A stretch of DNA of 63,586 nucleotides, filler included, from Planctomycetota bacterium (GTDB taxonomy: Bacteria > Planctomycetota > Planctomycetia > JALXBF01): assembly GCA_026991575.1 (NCBI GenBank). It is 7 parts of 7 records of this genome, joined end to end, with 100 filler letters (N's around TTAATTAATTAA, not from the genome) between each part and the next. Parts side by side here need not be neighbours in the genome. Positions count along the whole stretch, not along the records: positions 29,445 to 47,385 come from JALXBF010000101.1; 6 more parts are not named here. One strand, given 5' to 3'. Below the pieces are notes generated by a model. That model saw only the letters and a list, made by a program, of their open reading frames with translations. It had not been told where the DNA came from and did no database searches. Made by a program: the position numbers and the translations under genes. Shown here in pieces: positions 29,524 to 39,856 of this stretch. Numbering within the stretch: the first letter of the stretch is position 1; each line of letters opens with the position of its first letter.

Positions 29524-30144
29524 TCACGCACGCGAAAGCTCCAGCGCTGCATAGATTCCCGCAGGCAGCGTCAGGATGCAGCAGGTGCAGGAGGGCACAA
29601 AGCAGAGCACCACCGCAAGTCTTGTCAGGGACGGCGAATAGTTCGCGACGGCCGCGACCCCGCCGGCAGCGATCAACAGGCCGCAAAAGACGTAGCCAAT
29701 CCCGAATGCGAGCATCAGCCCCGGGTGTAGCCGTTTCTTGATGATTGCCTCCATCTGCGCCGGATCTATCTCGGGCAGCTCCGACGCCGCCCGTTCGATG
29801 CCGACACGTGCGCCGGCGAACGCGTAGGCGGCGGCGATACCGTTGAACGGACTCGTCAGCAGCGCCAGCACACCGGCAATAATCAACGCGATGCCAGCGC
29901 GCTTCTGGCTCTCAGCAGCCAGCGCCTCGCGTTCCGGAAAGGCCTGGCCAACGCGGACCTCGCCCGGTCCGGCGGGGACCGAAGCCGTTCCGGCGGCAGT
30001 TGCCGCCGCAGCGGCCGGGGGCTTGGCGGTGCGCAGGAGCACAGCGGGCGAGAACTCCGCCCGGCAGCGGTAGCAAGCAGCCCGCTCCGGCGGCGGTTCG
30101 GGACAGTTGAGACTGGCACCACAGAACGGACAGTAGATGACCAT
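29524..30144 (-). CDS. Zinc-ribbon membrane protein
   Basis: CPFC...CYRC at the N-terminus, A/P linker, TM helices ending VPSCTCCILTLPAGIYA; GAGGTG RBS before ATG 30144. Confidence 0.7.
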   Translation of the reverse strand: MVIYCPFCGASLNCPEPPPERAACYRCRAEFSPAVLLRTAKPPAAAAATAAGTASVPAGPGEVRVGQAFPEREALAAESQKRAGIALIIAGVLALLTSPFNGIAAAYAFAGARVGIERAASELPEIDPAQMEAIIKKRLHPGLMLAFGIGYVFCGLLIAAGGVAAVANYSPSLTRLAVVLCFVPSCTCCILTLPAGIYAALELSRA

Positions 30145-30165
30145 CGGTGCAGTCACCTCGGGGGC

Positions 30166-31281
30166 CTAGCGGCTCAGCACCACGCGGAACCGCGGTCGAA
30201 GCCGGCGCAACCATGCCGACCCGTCCGAGGGTGGTTTCCGGTCACGGGCATGGCTGGCTTCAAACAGGTGCTGACCGCGGCTGTTGAGCCTGATTCGGTA
30301 GAGGCTTCCTCCGGCCGTGATGTACAGGACGTTGGATTCCTGGCCCACGCCGAAGGTGCAGTTCGTCGGCAGTTCCGGCGTTCGGATCCAGGCGATCCGC
30401 TCACCGGATGGTCGGTACACGTGAATGCCCGGCGCTGCCGGGTCACGCAGCGCTGCGTAGATGTTACCGTCACGGTCCAGGCAGATGCCGTCCAGGCCAG
30501 GGCGTGGCGTGTAGCTGACCACCGTGCGTCGTGCTCCGACAGAACCGTCGGGCCTCAACGGGTACGCGTAGAGTGCCTTGGTTCCCGGACGCACTCGCCC
30601 GTTGGGCTCGCGCACCGCGACGTTGTTGTGCTCCACGACGTAGAGCGTCTTGTAGTCGGGTGACAGCCCGATGCCGTTCGGCTTTTCGACGTCCTGCACG
30701 ATCCTGGTCACGCGGCCGTCCGGATCGATGCGGTACACGCTCTGAAAGGGCAGCTCCATCGGCTCGTCGCCCACATAGCGCGGATCTGTGAAGAAGACCC
30801 GACCCTGGGGATCGATGCAGAGGTCGTTGGGACTGTTGAAGCGGCGGCCGTTGTAGCGGTCCGCGAGCGTCTCGACCGTACCGTCAGGCTGTGTCACCGA
30901 GACCCGTCGCCCTCCGTGATTGGCCCCCTCGCAGGCGACCAGTCGCCCCGTCGGGTCAAAGGCCAAGCCGTTGGACTTGCCGCTGGGTCGGCGAAATACG
31001 GTCGTCTTGCCCGTGCGCGGGTCGAACCGCAGGATGCTGCCCGGGGCGTCGCCCGGGATGTCGCTGAAGTAGATGGCGCCGTCAGGTCCTGCGGCAGGCC
31101 CTTCGGTGAACGACGCCCCGGTGTAAACCCGTTCCAACTGCGCGTCCGGTGGGACAATACCGTTCCCAGGCCGGCCGGCGGCCGGCACCAGCAGGGGGCA
31201 AGCAAGCAGAGCAGCGGCCGGCGCGACGGCGAGCAGCCAGAGGCGGTACCGTGCCGGCTTGCTGCGGCGCGGAATTTGCAT
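30166..31281 (-). CDS. SMP-30/gluconolactonase/LRE family protein, secreted
   Basis: FTEGP, YFSDIP, SNGL, FNSPNDL, FTDP, PNGIGLSPD, DGICLDRDGN, TNCTFG. Confidence 0.93.
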   Translation of the reverse strand: MQIPRRSKPARYRLWLLAVAPAAALLACPLLVPAAGRPGNGIVPPDAQLERVYTGASFTEGPAAGPDGAIYFSDIPGDAPGSILRFDPRTGKTTVFRRPSGKSNGLAFDPTGRLVACEGANHGGRRVSVTQPDGTVETLADRYNGRRFNSPNDLCIDPQGRVFFTDPRYVGDEPMELPFQSVYRIDPDGRVTRIVQDVEKPNGIGLSPDYKTLYVVEHNNVAVREPNGRVRPGTKALYAYPLRPDGSVGARRTVVSYTPRPGLDGICLDRDGNIYAALRDPAAPGIHVYRPSGERIAWIRTPELPTNCTFGVGQESNVLYITAGGSLYRIRLNSRGQHLFEASHARDRKPPSDGSAWLRRLRPRFRVVLSR

Positions 31282-31373
31282 CGGTTTTCCCCTCCTGCAG
31301 CGTCGACGTACACTTGCAACGTTCCTCTTTCAGGATAGCGAAAACCGCGTCAGGCTCGGTTCGGAGGTTTGCG

Positions 31374-32789
31374 ATGGCGGAATACCGCATTGAACGCGAT
31401 TCGATGGGTGAGGTGCAGGTGCCGGCGGACGCCTACTACGGCGCGCAGACCCAGCGCGCGGTTTTGAACTTCCCGGTGAGCGGTCTGCGCTTCGGTCGGC
31501 CGTTCATCAAGGCGCTGGGCACGATCAAGCTGGCAGCAGCCCGTGCGAACAAGGAGCTGGGCCTGATCGACGCTCAGATTGCCGACGCCATCATCCAGGC
31601 GGCCACCGAGGTGGTCGAGGGCAAGCATGACGAGCAGTTCGTCGTCGACATCTTCCAGACCGGATCCGGCACGTCCACAAACATGAACGCCAACGAACTG
31701 ATCGCCGGTCGGGCCAACGAAATCTTGACCGGCAAGCGCGGTGGCAAGAGTCCCGTGCACCCCAATGATCATGTGAACAAATGCCAGTCGTCGAACGACG
31801 TCATCCCGACCGCAATCCATGTATCAGCCACAGAACTGATCGAGCGCGAGACGATTCCGGCGGTCCAGCGGCTGGCCGAGTCGCTGCAGAAGAAGGCCGA
31901 GGCGTTCGACAAGATCGTTAAGATCGGCCGCACGCATCTGATGGACGCGACGCCTATCCGGTTGGGACAGGAGTTCGGCGGCTTTGCCAGCATGATTGCC
32001 CATGGTGTGGCCCGCCTGCGTGCGGTCCTGCCGCACCTGAAGGAGCTTGCGCTCGGCGGCACGGCCGTGGGCACCGGCATCAACTCGCACGAGCGGTTTC
32101 CGGAGCTAGCGATCCGCTACATCAGTGAGCTGACCGGCCTGGACTTCCGCCCTGCCCCGAACTATTTCGAGGCCCTTGCGGCGCGGGACGCGGCCGTGGA
32201 AGCCAGCGGGGCGCTGCGGACCGTGGCCATCAGCCTCTACAACGTGGCGAACAACATCCGCTGGCTTGCTTCCGGACCACGCTGCGGCATCGCTGAGATT
32301 AGGCTTCCTGAGCTCCAGCCCGGCTCCTCGATCATGCCGGGCAAGGTGAACCCGGTCATCCCTGAAAGCGTGATGCAGGTGGCAGCTCAGGTCATCGGCA
32401 ACGATGCCACGATCGCCTTCGGCGATGCCGGCGCGAGCAACTTCCAGCTGAACGTCATGAAGCCAGTCATCGCGTACAACTTACTGCAGTCCGCCGAACT
32501 GATCGCCCGCGCATGCGACCTGTTGCGTGAGAAGTGTGTAGACGGCATTGAGGCTGACGAGGCGCGGTGCACCGAACAGGTCGAGCGCAGCCTGGCGATG
32601 TGCACGGCACTGGCGCTGGAGATCGGCTACGACGAGGCGGCCAAGATCGCCCAGGAGGCGTACCGTACCGGCAAGACCGTGCGCGAGGTGGCGCTGAACC
32701 ACCCGCTGTTGAAGGACAAGCCGGAGCGGGTTGCCCAGCTGCTCGACCCCTGGCGCCAGACGCTGCCGGGGATTCCCAAGAAGGCGTGA
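31374..32789 (+). CDS. fumC: Class II fumarate hydratase
   Basis: RIERDSMG, YGAQTQR, FQTGSGTSTNMNANE, HPNDHVN, KIGRTHLMDATP, GSSIMPGKVNP; GGAGG RBS. Confidence 0.96.
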   Translation: MAEYRIERDSMGEVQVPADAYYGAQTQRAVLNFPVSGLRFGRPFIKALGTIKLAAARANKELGLIDAQIADAIIQAATEVVEGKHDEQFVVDIFQTGSGTSTNMNANELIAGRANEILTGKRGGKSPVHPNDHVNKCQSSNDVIPTAIHVSATELIERETIPAVQRLAESLQKKAEAFDKIVKIGRTHLMDATPIRLGQEFGGFASMIAHGVARLRAVLPHLKELALGGTAVGTGINSHERFPELAIRYISELTGLDFRPAPNYFEALAARDAAVEASGALRTVAISLYNVANNIRWLASGPRCGIAEIRLPELQPGSSIMPGKVNPVIPESVMQVAAQVIGNDATIAFGDAGASNFQLNVMKPVIAYNLLQSAELIARACDLLREKCVDGIEADEARCTEQVERSLAMCTALALEIGYDEAAKIAQEAYRTGKTVREVALNHPLLKDKPERVAQLLDPWRQTLPGIPKKA

Positions 32790-32868
32790 AGCCACGGGGC
32801 GAAGGTCGCGTTGTGGGGCGGGCCGGAAGCAATCCAATCCGGCCCGCCTAACGCACACGCCACGTGGC

Positions 32869-35136
32869 TTACCGCTCGAACCGCACTCGAGCGAAGAACG
32901 CGCGTGCTCGGTCCCCAGTGCGGCGGTAGAACTCCAGCAACGGTTCCAGATCTGCTCGGATCTGGCGCGCCGGCACAGCCCTGGCGTTAATCCGCAGGTT
33001 GATCCGCCGCGAGAAGTCCAGCGCGTCGGGGCTGAGCCAGATGTCGGCAATCAGCGGTCCATTCAGCGTGACCAGCATCGTGTTCGGCTCACGAATCAGC
33101 TGGACCTTGACTTGGCCCGTCTTCACCTCGCCACGGTCCTTCACCAGCGCCGGGTCGTTGACCAGCGCGGGCATCAGGCGATCGATCGTGACGTAGAAAA
33201 ACTGATCGTCGCACAGCCTGCCGGTCTTGCAGTGCACTCTAAGCGGATAGGTCGTGCGGCGGCGTCGCCGCATCCAGTCGAAGAGGTTGAGAATCTCGTC
33301 GCTAAACGGTTCGCGCCCCCGCCCCCGGTACTCGTGGTACACCATGTCGCAGCCGGCGCGCATGAGCGGGTCGGCCAGCCGGCGGGTCTGCTCGGGAGAG
33401 TCGCCATTGAGCTGGCCGTCGACGATGTACATCCAAACGTGTCGAGCATTGGGCCGGTAGAACCGGGCAAACTTGCGCGGTTTGCCCGCGATCGGAATGA
33501 CGCCAGCAAACAGGTCCGGATGGCCCAGGCCAATGTCCCACGCTGCCTCTGCCCCCTCGTAATGGCCACTGAGGAAGATCCGGTCCGAGTCGATCGCGAA
33601 CCGCAACTGGGCGTCGCGGATCGCGTGGATCACCCGCAGGTGCTCGGCCACCGAGAACGCATAGCCGTTGGTGGGATCGTCCAGGTAGTAAGGGGCGATC
33701 ACGACATAGCCGTGCCGCATTGCCTGAGTAGCCCACCACTGAAGCTGCATTCTCGGGTCCGTTACCCGGCCGCGAAGGGAAACGATCATCGGATAGCGAT
33801 GTTCCGGATGGTATTCAGACGGCAACAAGGCGACGTAGCGGACCTGGGTGCTGCCGCCACCGACGTCCACATTGATCTCATGGATCACGCCCGGCTCCCA
33901 TCGCTTGTAGCCGCTCAACGGTGGCGGGGCGTTGTGGATCAGCGCGCGCGCGATTTCCGGCGTCAGCCCCTCGCTCTCACGCAGCTTACTCAGCAACTGA
34001 CGCCGCTCAAACTGGCTGGCTGACGTGACGTAGCGCGCGATGCGGCGGCGATCTTCGTGCAGCCGGACAGCACGCTGCAGGTCGGGCTGGGCGTAAGCGG
34101 CACCGGCGAGCCAGCCGGACAGAGCCAGACCAAGCTTGCCTTCCGGACCGTAACGCCGGTCACTAAGCATGTCCAGGAACACTTGCAACCGCGGCAACGA
34201 CTCGACGGTTACCCACGTCGTCAGCTCTTGGACCAACGGCGCGACTTGAGGCCGCAGTTCCGCGTCGATCTGGCCGAGCAGGCGGGGCACCTCACGGCGC
34301 ACGGTCTCTAAGTCCGCCAGGTCCCGTTCGTAGTCGCGGCGCAGCGCCCGCAGCTCGACGACAACGTCGCCAGGCGCGTACTCGGGCAACTCCTGCTGCA
34401 GTACACTCAACACCATGTTGTGCTGGCCAGCACGTCGCCGCAGCTGCAGTTCCGCCAGCATCCGGCGGGCCCGCATCTCATCGACGATCCGCCGCGCCGT
34501 CGCAACAGCCTCCCGCTCATCCGGAAAATCCTGTGCCAGCCGATCGACTTCCCGAGCCGCCGTTGTCAGCCAGCCGACACGGGTCAGGAAGTGGATCACG
34601 CGGACACGGTCCGTGAACTTGTTCGGATCGATCGCTCGGTAAAGGAGCCTCAAGACCACATCGCGTGGGATTGACGTCGTGGCCACAGCACCCTGCCAGA
34701 CGTAGTTCAGGCCGGTCAGTTCCGCGTATCGGGGCGTCAGCTTGATGATGCCCTGAACCAGAGCCACCTCACCACGCCGCGCGTCGACGAAGTGCACCGT
34801 GCGGCGGCCAAACTCGTCAAACGGCTCGATCCGCACGATCCCGGCCAGATTCACCACCTGATACGCTCCGCTGCGACCGGCCGCAACCTGCTTGACCGTG
34901 AAGGTCTCCTGATCGGTGACGTCGGCTCCCTCAATCAGGTCCGCCAGCAGCCGCTGGCTGAAGAAGACCAGACGCATGCCGTCGTCGACGATCAGGATAC
35001 TACCGACGCGGTCGATGGTGCCGTTGTAACGTGAGCCGTCCTTGAGCACGACGGTACCGACCTGTGCCGGTGTCGAAGTGACGGTGGCCAGAAGCAACAG
35101 GGTAGCCAGAGTTGCTGTGCGACGCAGACCGGTCAT
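32869..35136 (-). CDS. Secreted planctomycete-type protein with C-terminal alpha/beta-hydrolase-fold domain
   Basis: Signal peptide; YVALLPSEYHP...YPMIVSL, HGYVVIAP, IDSDRIFLSGHYEG, HPDLFAGVIPIAG. Confidence 0.8.
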   Translation of the reverse strand: MTGLRRTATLATLLLLATVTSTPAQVGTVVLKDGSRYNGTIDRVGSILIVDDGMRLVFFSQRLLADLIEGADVTDQETFTVKQVAAGRSGAYQVVNLAGIVRIEPFDEFGRRTVHFVDARRGEVALVQGIIKLTPRYAELTGLNYVWQGAVATTSIPRDVVLRLLYRAIDPNKFTDRVRVIHFLTRVGWLTTAAREVDRLAQDFPDEREAVATARRIVDEMRARRMLAELQLRRRAGQHNMVLSVLQQELPEYAPGDVVVELRALRRDYERDLADLETVRREVPRLLGQIDAELRPQVAPLVQELTTWVTVESLPRLQVFLDMLSDRRYGPEGKLGLALSGWLAGAAYAQPDLQRAVRLHEDRRRIARYVTSASQFERRQLLSKLRESEGLTPEIARALIHNAPPPLSGYKRWEPGVIHEINVDVGGGSTQVRYVALLPSEYHPEHRYPMIVSLRGRVTDPRMQLQWWATQAMRHGYVVIAPYYLDDPTNGYAFSVAEHLRVIHAIRDAQLRFAIDSDRIFLSGHYEGAEAAWDIGLGHPDLFAGVIPIAGKPRKFARFYRPNARHVWMYIVDGQLNGDSPEQTRRLADPLMRAGCDMVYHEYRGRGREPFSDEILNLFDWMRRRRRTTYPLRVHCKTGRLCDDQFFYVTIDRLMPALVNDPALVKDRGEVKTGQVKVQLIREPNTMLVTLNGPLIADIWLSPDALDFSRRINLRINARAVPARQIRADLEPLLEFYRRTGDRARAFFARVRFER

Positions 35137-35200
35137 GGTTTTGTGCCTGCTCCGGACCAACGTGACGGTTCTCGGCGCGCGAAACGTGGCTGCCTAAAGT

Positions 35201-35983
35201 CTACTGTTCCTTCGAGGCCGGTTTCAGCTCACCGTGGAGCTCTGGGGGCTGCTGCGCAGCCGCCGATCGGCGCCGGCCGCCGCCGTCGTCGTTGTCGTCA
35301 TCGTCCAGGAGCAGGCCACCGATCCGCGCGAAGAGCGTATTGCGCCCCTGGAGCTTGCGCAGCTCGCGGTACACCGAGCCACTCTGGATCGGTCCCAGAC
35401 CTAGGATAATCCACTGCTGGTAGTCGGAAGAGGCCACCTGGAGACCGGCGTCGGCGAAGAGTTCACCGGTTTTGGCATCGTAAGCGACCATGCCGATTTT
35501 GACCGTCGCCCGTTGGGCGCTGCGGGTGATCAGCGGTGCGTCGGGCAGCGTGACGGGCAGGATGAGTTTCTCCGTGGCCGGCAGGGGCATGTTGTTCAGT
35601 CCGATGAGTGTGTTTTCGCGGTCGGTGCCCACGCCGCCAGAGCGCACCTCGAGCACGACATCCGCCTCTTTCTTGCTGTCGCGGAGGCGGGCGCCGGCCA
35701 GCAACAGATGATAGCGAATACTGGCCACAATGTACTTGCGGTCGACCCCGTCCAGGTAACGGTCGTCGACAAAGACGCCCTTGCCGGCCAGTGGCGAAAA
35801 ATCGACCATGCCCAGCGCCTGGTCAACGGCCGTAGAGATCAGCAACTGCTCAATGGCCGTGCGCGGCGTGTCCGTCTGGCGCGTCGTGCCGCAGCCGGCC
35901 GACAGAAAGCCGACGGTGGCCACTGCCCAGAGGAGCAGCCAGGAGCGGCAGGCAGGCTGTAAGGCGATGGGTCTGTGGGGCAT
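35201..35983 (-). CDS. Lipoprotein, DUF6655-like
   Basis: Lipobox LSAG-C followed by TRQTDTPRTAIEQLLISTAVD and EVRSGGVGTD. Start uncertain. Confidence 0.7.
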   Translation of the reverse strand: MPHRPIALQPACRSWLLLWAVATVGFLSAGCGTTRQTDTPRTAIEQLLISTAVDQALGMVDFSPLAGKGVFVDDRYLDGVDRKYIVASIRYHLLLAGARLRDSKKEADVVLEVRSGGVGTDRENTLIGLNNMPLPATEKLILPVTLPDAPLITRSAQRATVKIGMVAYDAKTGELFADAGLQVASSDYQQWIILGLGPIQSGSVYRELRKLQGRNTLFARIGGLLLDDDDNDDGGGRRRSAAAQQPPELHGELKPASKEQ

Positions 35984-36375
35984 CGTCCGAAGGCGCACTC
36001 GTTGTGGCATTCCCGCGGTGTCGACCGGGACCATAAGCGTTCGGGCGGGAGCGGTCAAGTTGAACCGCCGCGCGACCGAGTGCAGCCGAGCTGGGCTGTT
36101 GCACCCGATGCACCGACGCACGTGGCTCCCGCACGCCTAACCCTCTCGCTCACGCGACCGGGCAGTCGGGAAGAGCGGCCGTCCGCAGTGCTGGCCGACT
36201 GAGCCGACCGGAGCCACGCGGGGCTAGACGCTCAGGCAGGTGGGCTGTGCTGAACCGGACGCTGGCGCGGTCGGACACCGACTGCCGTTGCGGGTGCGCC
36301 CGGATGCGGATATAGTTCTTGTGTACGTGGTCCTGGTTGTGTCTAACACTGGATACCGGACGAGGTTGCCGTTCC

Positions 36376-37092
36376 ATGGCTTATGTCCTTACCCTGTGGG
36401 TCGCGCTGACGGCTTTGCTTGGCCAGCAAGGGCCCGCCGTACCGAATAAGGCTGCCCAACAAGGCGAACAGGTCCGGGCCGTGAAAGTCGTCCACCAGCG
36501 GCGGGGGCCACAGTACGTGGTACCGGGACAGTCCACCGAAGCGGAGGTCCGGATCCAGAAGGATATCTGGACGCTGGATGAGTTCTCCTTTCTGCCCCCC
36601 CGGCTGATCAACGTCGACATCCCCGGCCGCGGTCGTAAGCTGGTGTGGTACATGGTATACCGGGTGGTCAACCGCTCCGACCAGCCCCGCCGCTTCGTGC
36701 CGCTCTTTACGCTGAAGACCGACACGGGGCGAGTGTACCGGGACGTTGTGATTCCGAAGGCACGATGGGTGATTCAGGCTACCGAGGATCCGCTGACACC
36801 GTTGCGCGACTCGGTGACAATCAGCGGGATACTGCCGCCGAGCAAAGAAGAAGGCGTTGAACACGCGGCTTACGGGGTTGCGATGTGGCTGGACGTTGAC
36901 CCGAAGACCGACGCGTTCTCGATCTATGTCCGCGGCCTGTCGAACGGGTTCAAAGTGATCGAGGATCCAGCCAGCGGCAAGCGGATCGTACTCCGCAAGG
37001 AGCTGGAGCTGAAGTTCGCGCGCCCGGGGGACGAGTTCAATCCCACCTCCAAGGAGATCCGCTTTATTGAGGCCCAGTGGGTGTATCGCTAG
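36376..37092 (+). CDS. Secreted planctomycete-type conserved hypothetical protein
   Basis: Signal peptide; LVWYMVYRVVN, FVPLFTL, YGVAMWLDVDP, GLSNGF, FARPGDE; GAGG RBS. Confidence 0.75.
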   Translation: MAYVLTLWVALTALLGQQGPAVPNKAAQQGEQVRAVKVVHQRRGPQYVVPGQSTEAEVRIQKDIWTLDEFSFLPPRLINVDIPGRGRKLVWYMVYRVVNRSDQPRRFVPLFTLKTDTGRVYRDVVIPKARWVIQATEDPLTPLRDSVTISGILPPSKEEGVEHAAYGVAMWLDVDPKTDAFSIYVRGLSNGFKVIEDPASGKRIVLRKELELKFARPGDEFNPTSKEIRFIEAQWVYR

Positions 37093-37147
37093 CGGGCCCA
37101 GGACCGGCCCCGGCCCAGTGGTTCGTGCGCGCGCGGAGGAGCAAGTT

Positions 37148-38011
37148 ATGGTGGTACGAGAACCATGGGTTGCGGGGACCTTCTATCCGGCCGATCCGGC
37201 GGCATGCCGTCGAGAGGCCCGAGAGTACCTGAGCCGCGGTCGGTTGAACGGCAACTTGCCGGCTGACCCCATCGGCGGTATCGTCCCGCACGCCGGCTGG
37301 CGGTTCTCGGGCGCAATTTGCGGCAAGGTCCTCGGCTACCTTGCGTCCAAGCGCTCGCCTCAGACGATCGTCTTTACCGGCACCGTGCATGTGCCCGAGG
37401 TGCGCTACCCGTCCACCATGACCATGGGCACGTGGCGTACGCCTGTCGGTGACATGGACGTCGACTGCGAATTTGCGCAGCGTCTGGTCGCGACGGGGCT
37501 GGTACAGGACTTCCCGCAGGGCTTTGTGCGGGAGCATTCGATCGAAGTGCCGCTGCCGATGACCATCCTGGCCTTCCCGCGCGCGTGGCTCGTGCCATTG
37601 ATGGTGCCGCCGACGGTGTCGGGGGTTGAGCTGGGGCAGGCGGTTGCGGAAGTCGGCCGCGCTCTGGGCCGCGATCTGCTGCTGCTGGCTTCCAGCGACC
37701 TGACTCACTACGGCCCCAACTACGGCTTCACTCCGGTTGGATTGGGCGAGCCGGCTCTGCAGTGGACCAGGACTGAGAACGATCGCGCCATTCTTGAGGC
37801 GATCGAGCGGCTGGAGGCCGAGCGGATCGTGCCCATGGTGGCTAAGCGACGCAACGCTTGCGGTCCAGCCGCCATCGCCACCGTGCTGGCCGGTGCCCGC
37901 CAGCTCGGTGCCCAGAGGGGCTATATTCTGGAGTACGCCACCAGCCACGACGTCCTACCTATGGGCCCCCCCGACAACTTCGTTGGCTACGTCGGCGCCG
38001 TGCTCGGTTAG
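37148..38011 (+). CDS. amrB: AmmeMemoRadiSam system protein B (MEMO1 family)
   Basis: REPWVAGTFYP, IVPHAG, WRTPVG, EHSIEV, ASSDLTHYG, NACG, VGY. Confidence 0.9.
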   Translation: MVVREPWVAGTFYPADPAACRREAREYLSRGRLNGNLPADPIGGIVPHAGWRFSGAICGKVLGYLASKRSPQTIVFTGTVHVPEVRYPSTMTMGTWRTPVGDMDVDCEFAQRLVATGLVQDFPQGFVREHSIEVPLPMTILAFPRAWLVPLMVPPTVSGVELGQAVAEVGRALGRDLLLLASSDLTHYGPNYGFTPVGLGEPALQWTRTENDRAILEAIERLEAERIVPMVAKRRNACGPAAIATVLAGARQLGAQRGYILEYATSHDVLPMGPPDNFVGYVGAVLG

Positions 38012-38029
38012 AAGCGAGGTGAACTGCTG

Positions 38030-39856
38030 ATGGGTTATCCACCCGGTCGCCGCCCTTTCCCCCGGCCGATGTGTGCCGCGTTTGCCGTCGCTGTTGCTCT
38101 TTGCTGGTCATGCGTCACCTGGGCCGCAGCGCCGCCGGAGCCGCACACGACTTCCGGCGTGCGCCGCGGATTCACGATCCCGTGGATCGACCTGGCGAAC
38201 GATCGCCATCGCCAGGTGATCGTGGACCGTGAGCCCGGCGTCTATCTGGGCCATCCCAGCACCGTGCTGCTCAAGGACGGCCGGACGATCCTGGTGGTCT
38301 ACCCGAAAGGCCACGGGGCCGGTCCGATTGTCATGAAGCGGAGCACGGACGGAGGCAAGACGTGGTCGGATCGGCTACCGGTCCCGGAGAACTGGGCCAC
38401 TTCCAAGGAAACGCCCACGCTGTATCGCTTGGTCAGCGCCGACAGCGTTTCGCGACTGATCCTGTTCTCCGGCCTGTTTCCGATCCGTATGGCCAGCTCA
38501 CTGGACGACGGTCGAACCTGGACTCCGCTGGAGCCGATCGGCGACTTCGGCGGTATCGTCGCGATGGCCGATGTCGAGCGGCTGTTGGATGGCAGCTACA
38601 TGGCCGTCTTCCACGACGACGGCCGGTTCCTGAAGAACGCCGGGAAGGCCGGCCAGTTCGTGGTGTACAAGACCATCAGCCGCGACGGCGGCATGACCTG
38701 GAGCGATCCGGAGGAGATGGTCAAGCACCGGCACGCCCAGCTGTGTGAGCCGTGCATCGTCCGCTCGCCGGCCGGCGGTGAACTGGCGTGCCTGCTGCGG
38801 GAAAACAGCCGCCGGTACAACTCCATGATCTGCTTCAGCCGCGACGAGGGCCGGTCATGGACGGAACCGGTTGAGTTGCCCGGGGCGCTGACCGGTGATC
38901 GCCACGTGGCGCGATACGCCCCGGACGGGCGGCTGGTGATCGTCTTCCGCGACATGGCGCACGAAACTCCCACCAGGGGGGACTTTGTTGCCTGGATCGG
39001 TACGTTCGACGATTTGCGTCAACGCCGTGAAGGCCAGTACCGGGTGCGGCTGCTCGATAACCATGGCTCCCCGGGTGACACGGGTTACGCCGGACTGGAG
39101 CTACTGCCGGATGGGACGTTCGTCGCAACGACCTATTGTGTGATGGCGCCTGGCGAGCAGCCGGTCATTGTCAGCGTGCGGTTTCGGCTGGAGGAGCTGG
39201 ACGCGCTGGTTCTGCAGCGCGAGCGGCGGTTGAGCGAGCAGATCGCCGCGGGGGAGAAACGCTACAGGTGGCGGCCGCTGTTCGACGGCAAGACGCTGAA
39301 GTGGTGGCGGAAGACCCGCTTCGGCGGCGAGGGTGACGTGTACGTCAAGGACGGCATGATTGTGTTGGAGATGGGCGAACCGATGACGGGAATCACCTGG
39401 CAAGGCTGGGATCTGCCGCGGTTGAACTATGAGGTTGAGCTTGAGGCGCAGCGGGTCGAAGGCGGCGATTTCTTCTGTGGTCTGACCTTTCCGGTGGGCG
39501 ACAACCCGTGCACGCTCATTGTCGGCGGCTGGGGCGGGTCTGTCGTCGGGCTTTCTTCGCTGGATGGTTTCGACGCTTCCGAGAATGAGACGTCCACGTA
39601 CATGAGCTTCCAGAACGGCCGCTGGTACCGCATCCGGCTCCGGGTCGAAGGGGCGCGGATCATGGCCTGGATCGATGGCAAGAAGATTGTGGACGCCGAC
39701 ATTCGCGGCCGTGAGATCGGCATCCGGCCTGAAGTGGAGCTGTCCCGACCGTTCGGCCTGGCCACGTGGCGCACCACCGGGGCCGTGCGCAACTTTCGTA
39801 TCCGTCTGCTACGTCCCGAGGAGGTGAAACGGGATTTGGAGGAGCTGGATCGGTGA
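38030..39856 (+). CDS. BNR/Asp-box sialidase-like propeller fused to a DUF1080 domain
   Basis: Four Asp boxes (STDGGKTW, SLDDGRTW, SRDGGMTW, SRDEGRSW), CEP, DTGY; C-terminal PLFDGKTLKWW...NYEVELE...NGRWYRIRLRV...RNFRIR. Confidence 0.87.
   Translation: MGYPPGRRPFPRPMCAAFAVAVALCWSCVTWAAAPPEPHTTSGVRRGFTIPWIDLANDRHRQVIVDREPGVYLGHPSTVLLKDGRTILVVYPKGHGAGPIVMKRSTDGGKTWSDRLPVPENWATSKETPTLYRLVSADSVSRLILFSGLFPIRMASSLDDGRTWTPLEPIGDFGGIVAMADVERLLDGSYMAVFHDDGRFLKNAGKAGQFVVYKTISRDGGMTWSDPEEMVKHRHAQLCEPCIVRSPAGGELACLLRENSRRYNSMICFSRDEGRSWTEPVELPGALTGDRHVARYAPDGRLVIVFRDMAHETPTRGDFVAWIGTFDDLRQRREGQYRVRLLDNHGSPGDTGYAGLELLPDGTFVATTYCVMAPGEQPVIVSVRFRLEELDALVLQRERRLSEQIAAGEKRYRWRPLFDGKTLKWWRKTRFGGEGDVYVKDGMIVLEMGEPMTGITWQGWDLPRLNYEVELEAQRVEGGDFFCGLTFPVGDNPCTLIVGGWGGSVVGLSSLDGFDASENETSTYMSFQNGRWYRIRLRVEGARIMAWIDGKKIVDADIRGREIGIRPEVELSRPFGLATWRTTGAVRNFRIRLLRPEEVKRDLEELDR

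Noticed and set aside
12837..34023. Long antisense ORFs such as 12837-13658, 15565-16440 and 32731-34023
   Set aside because: Shadow frames of real genes caused by GC3 codon bias.
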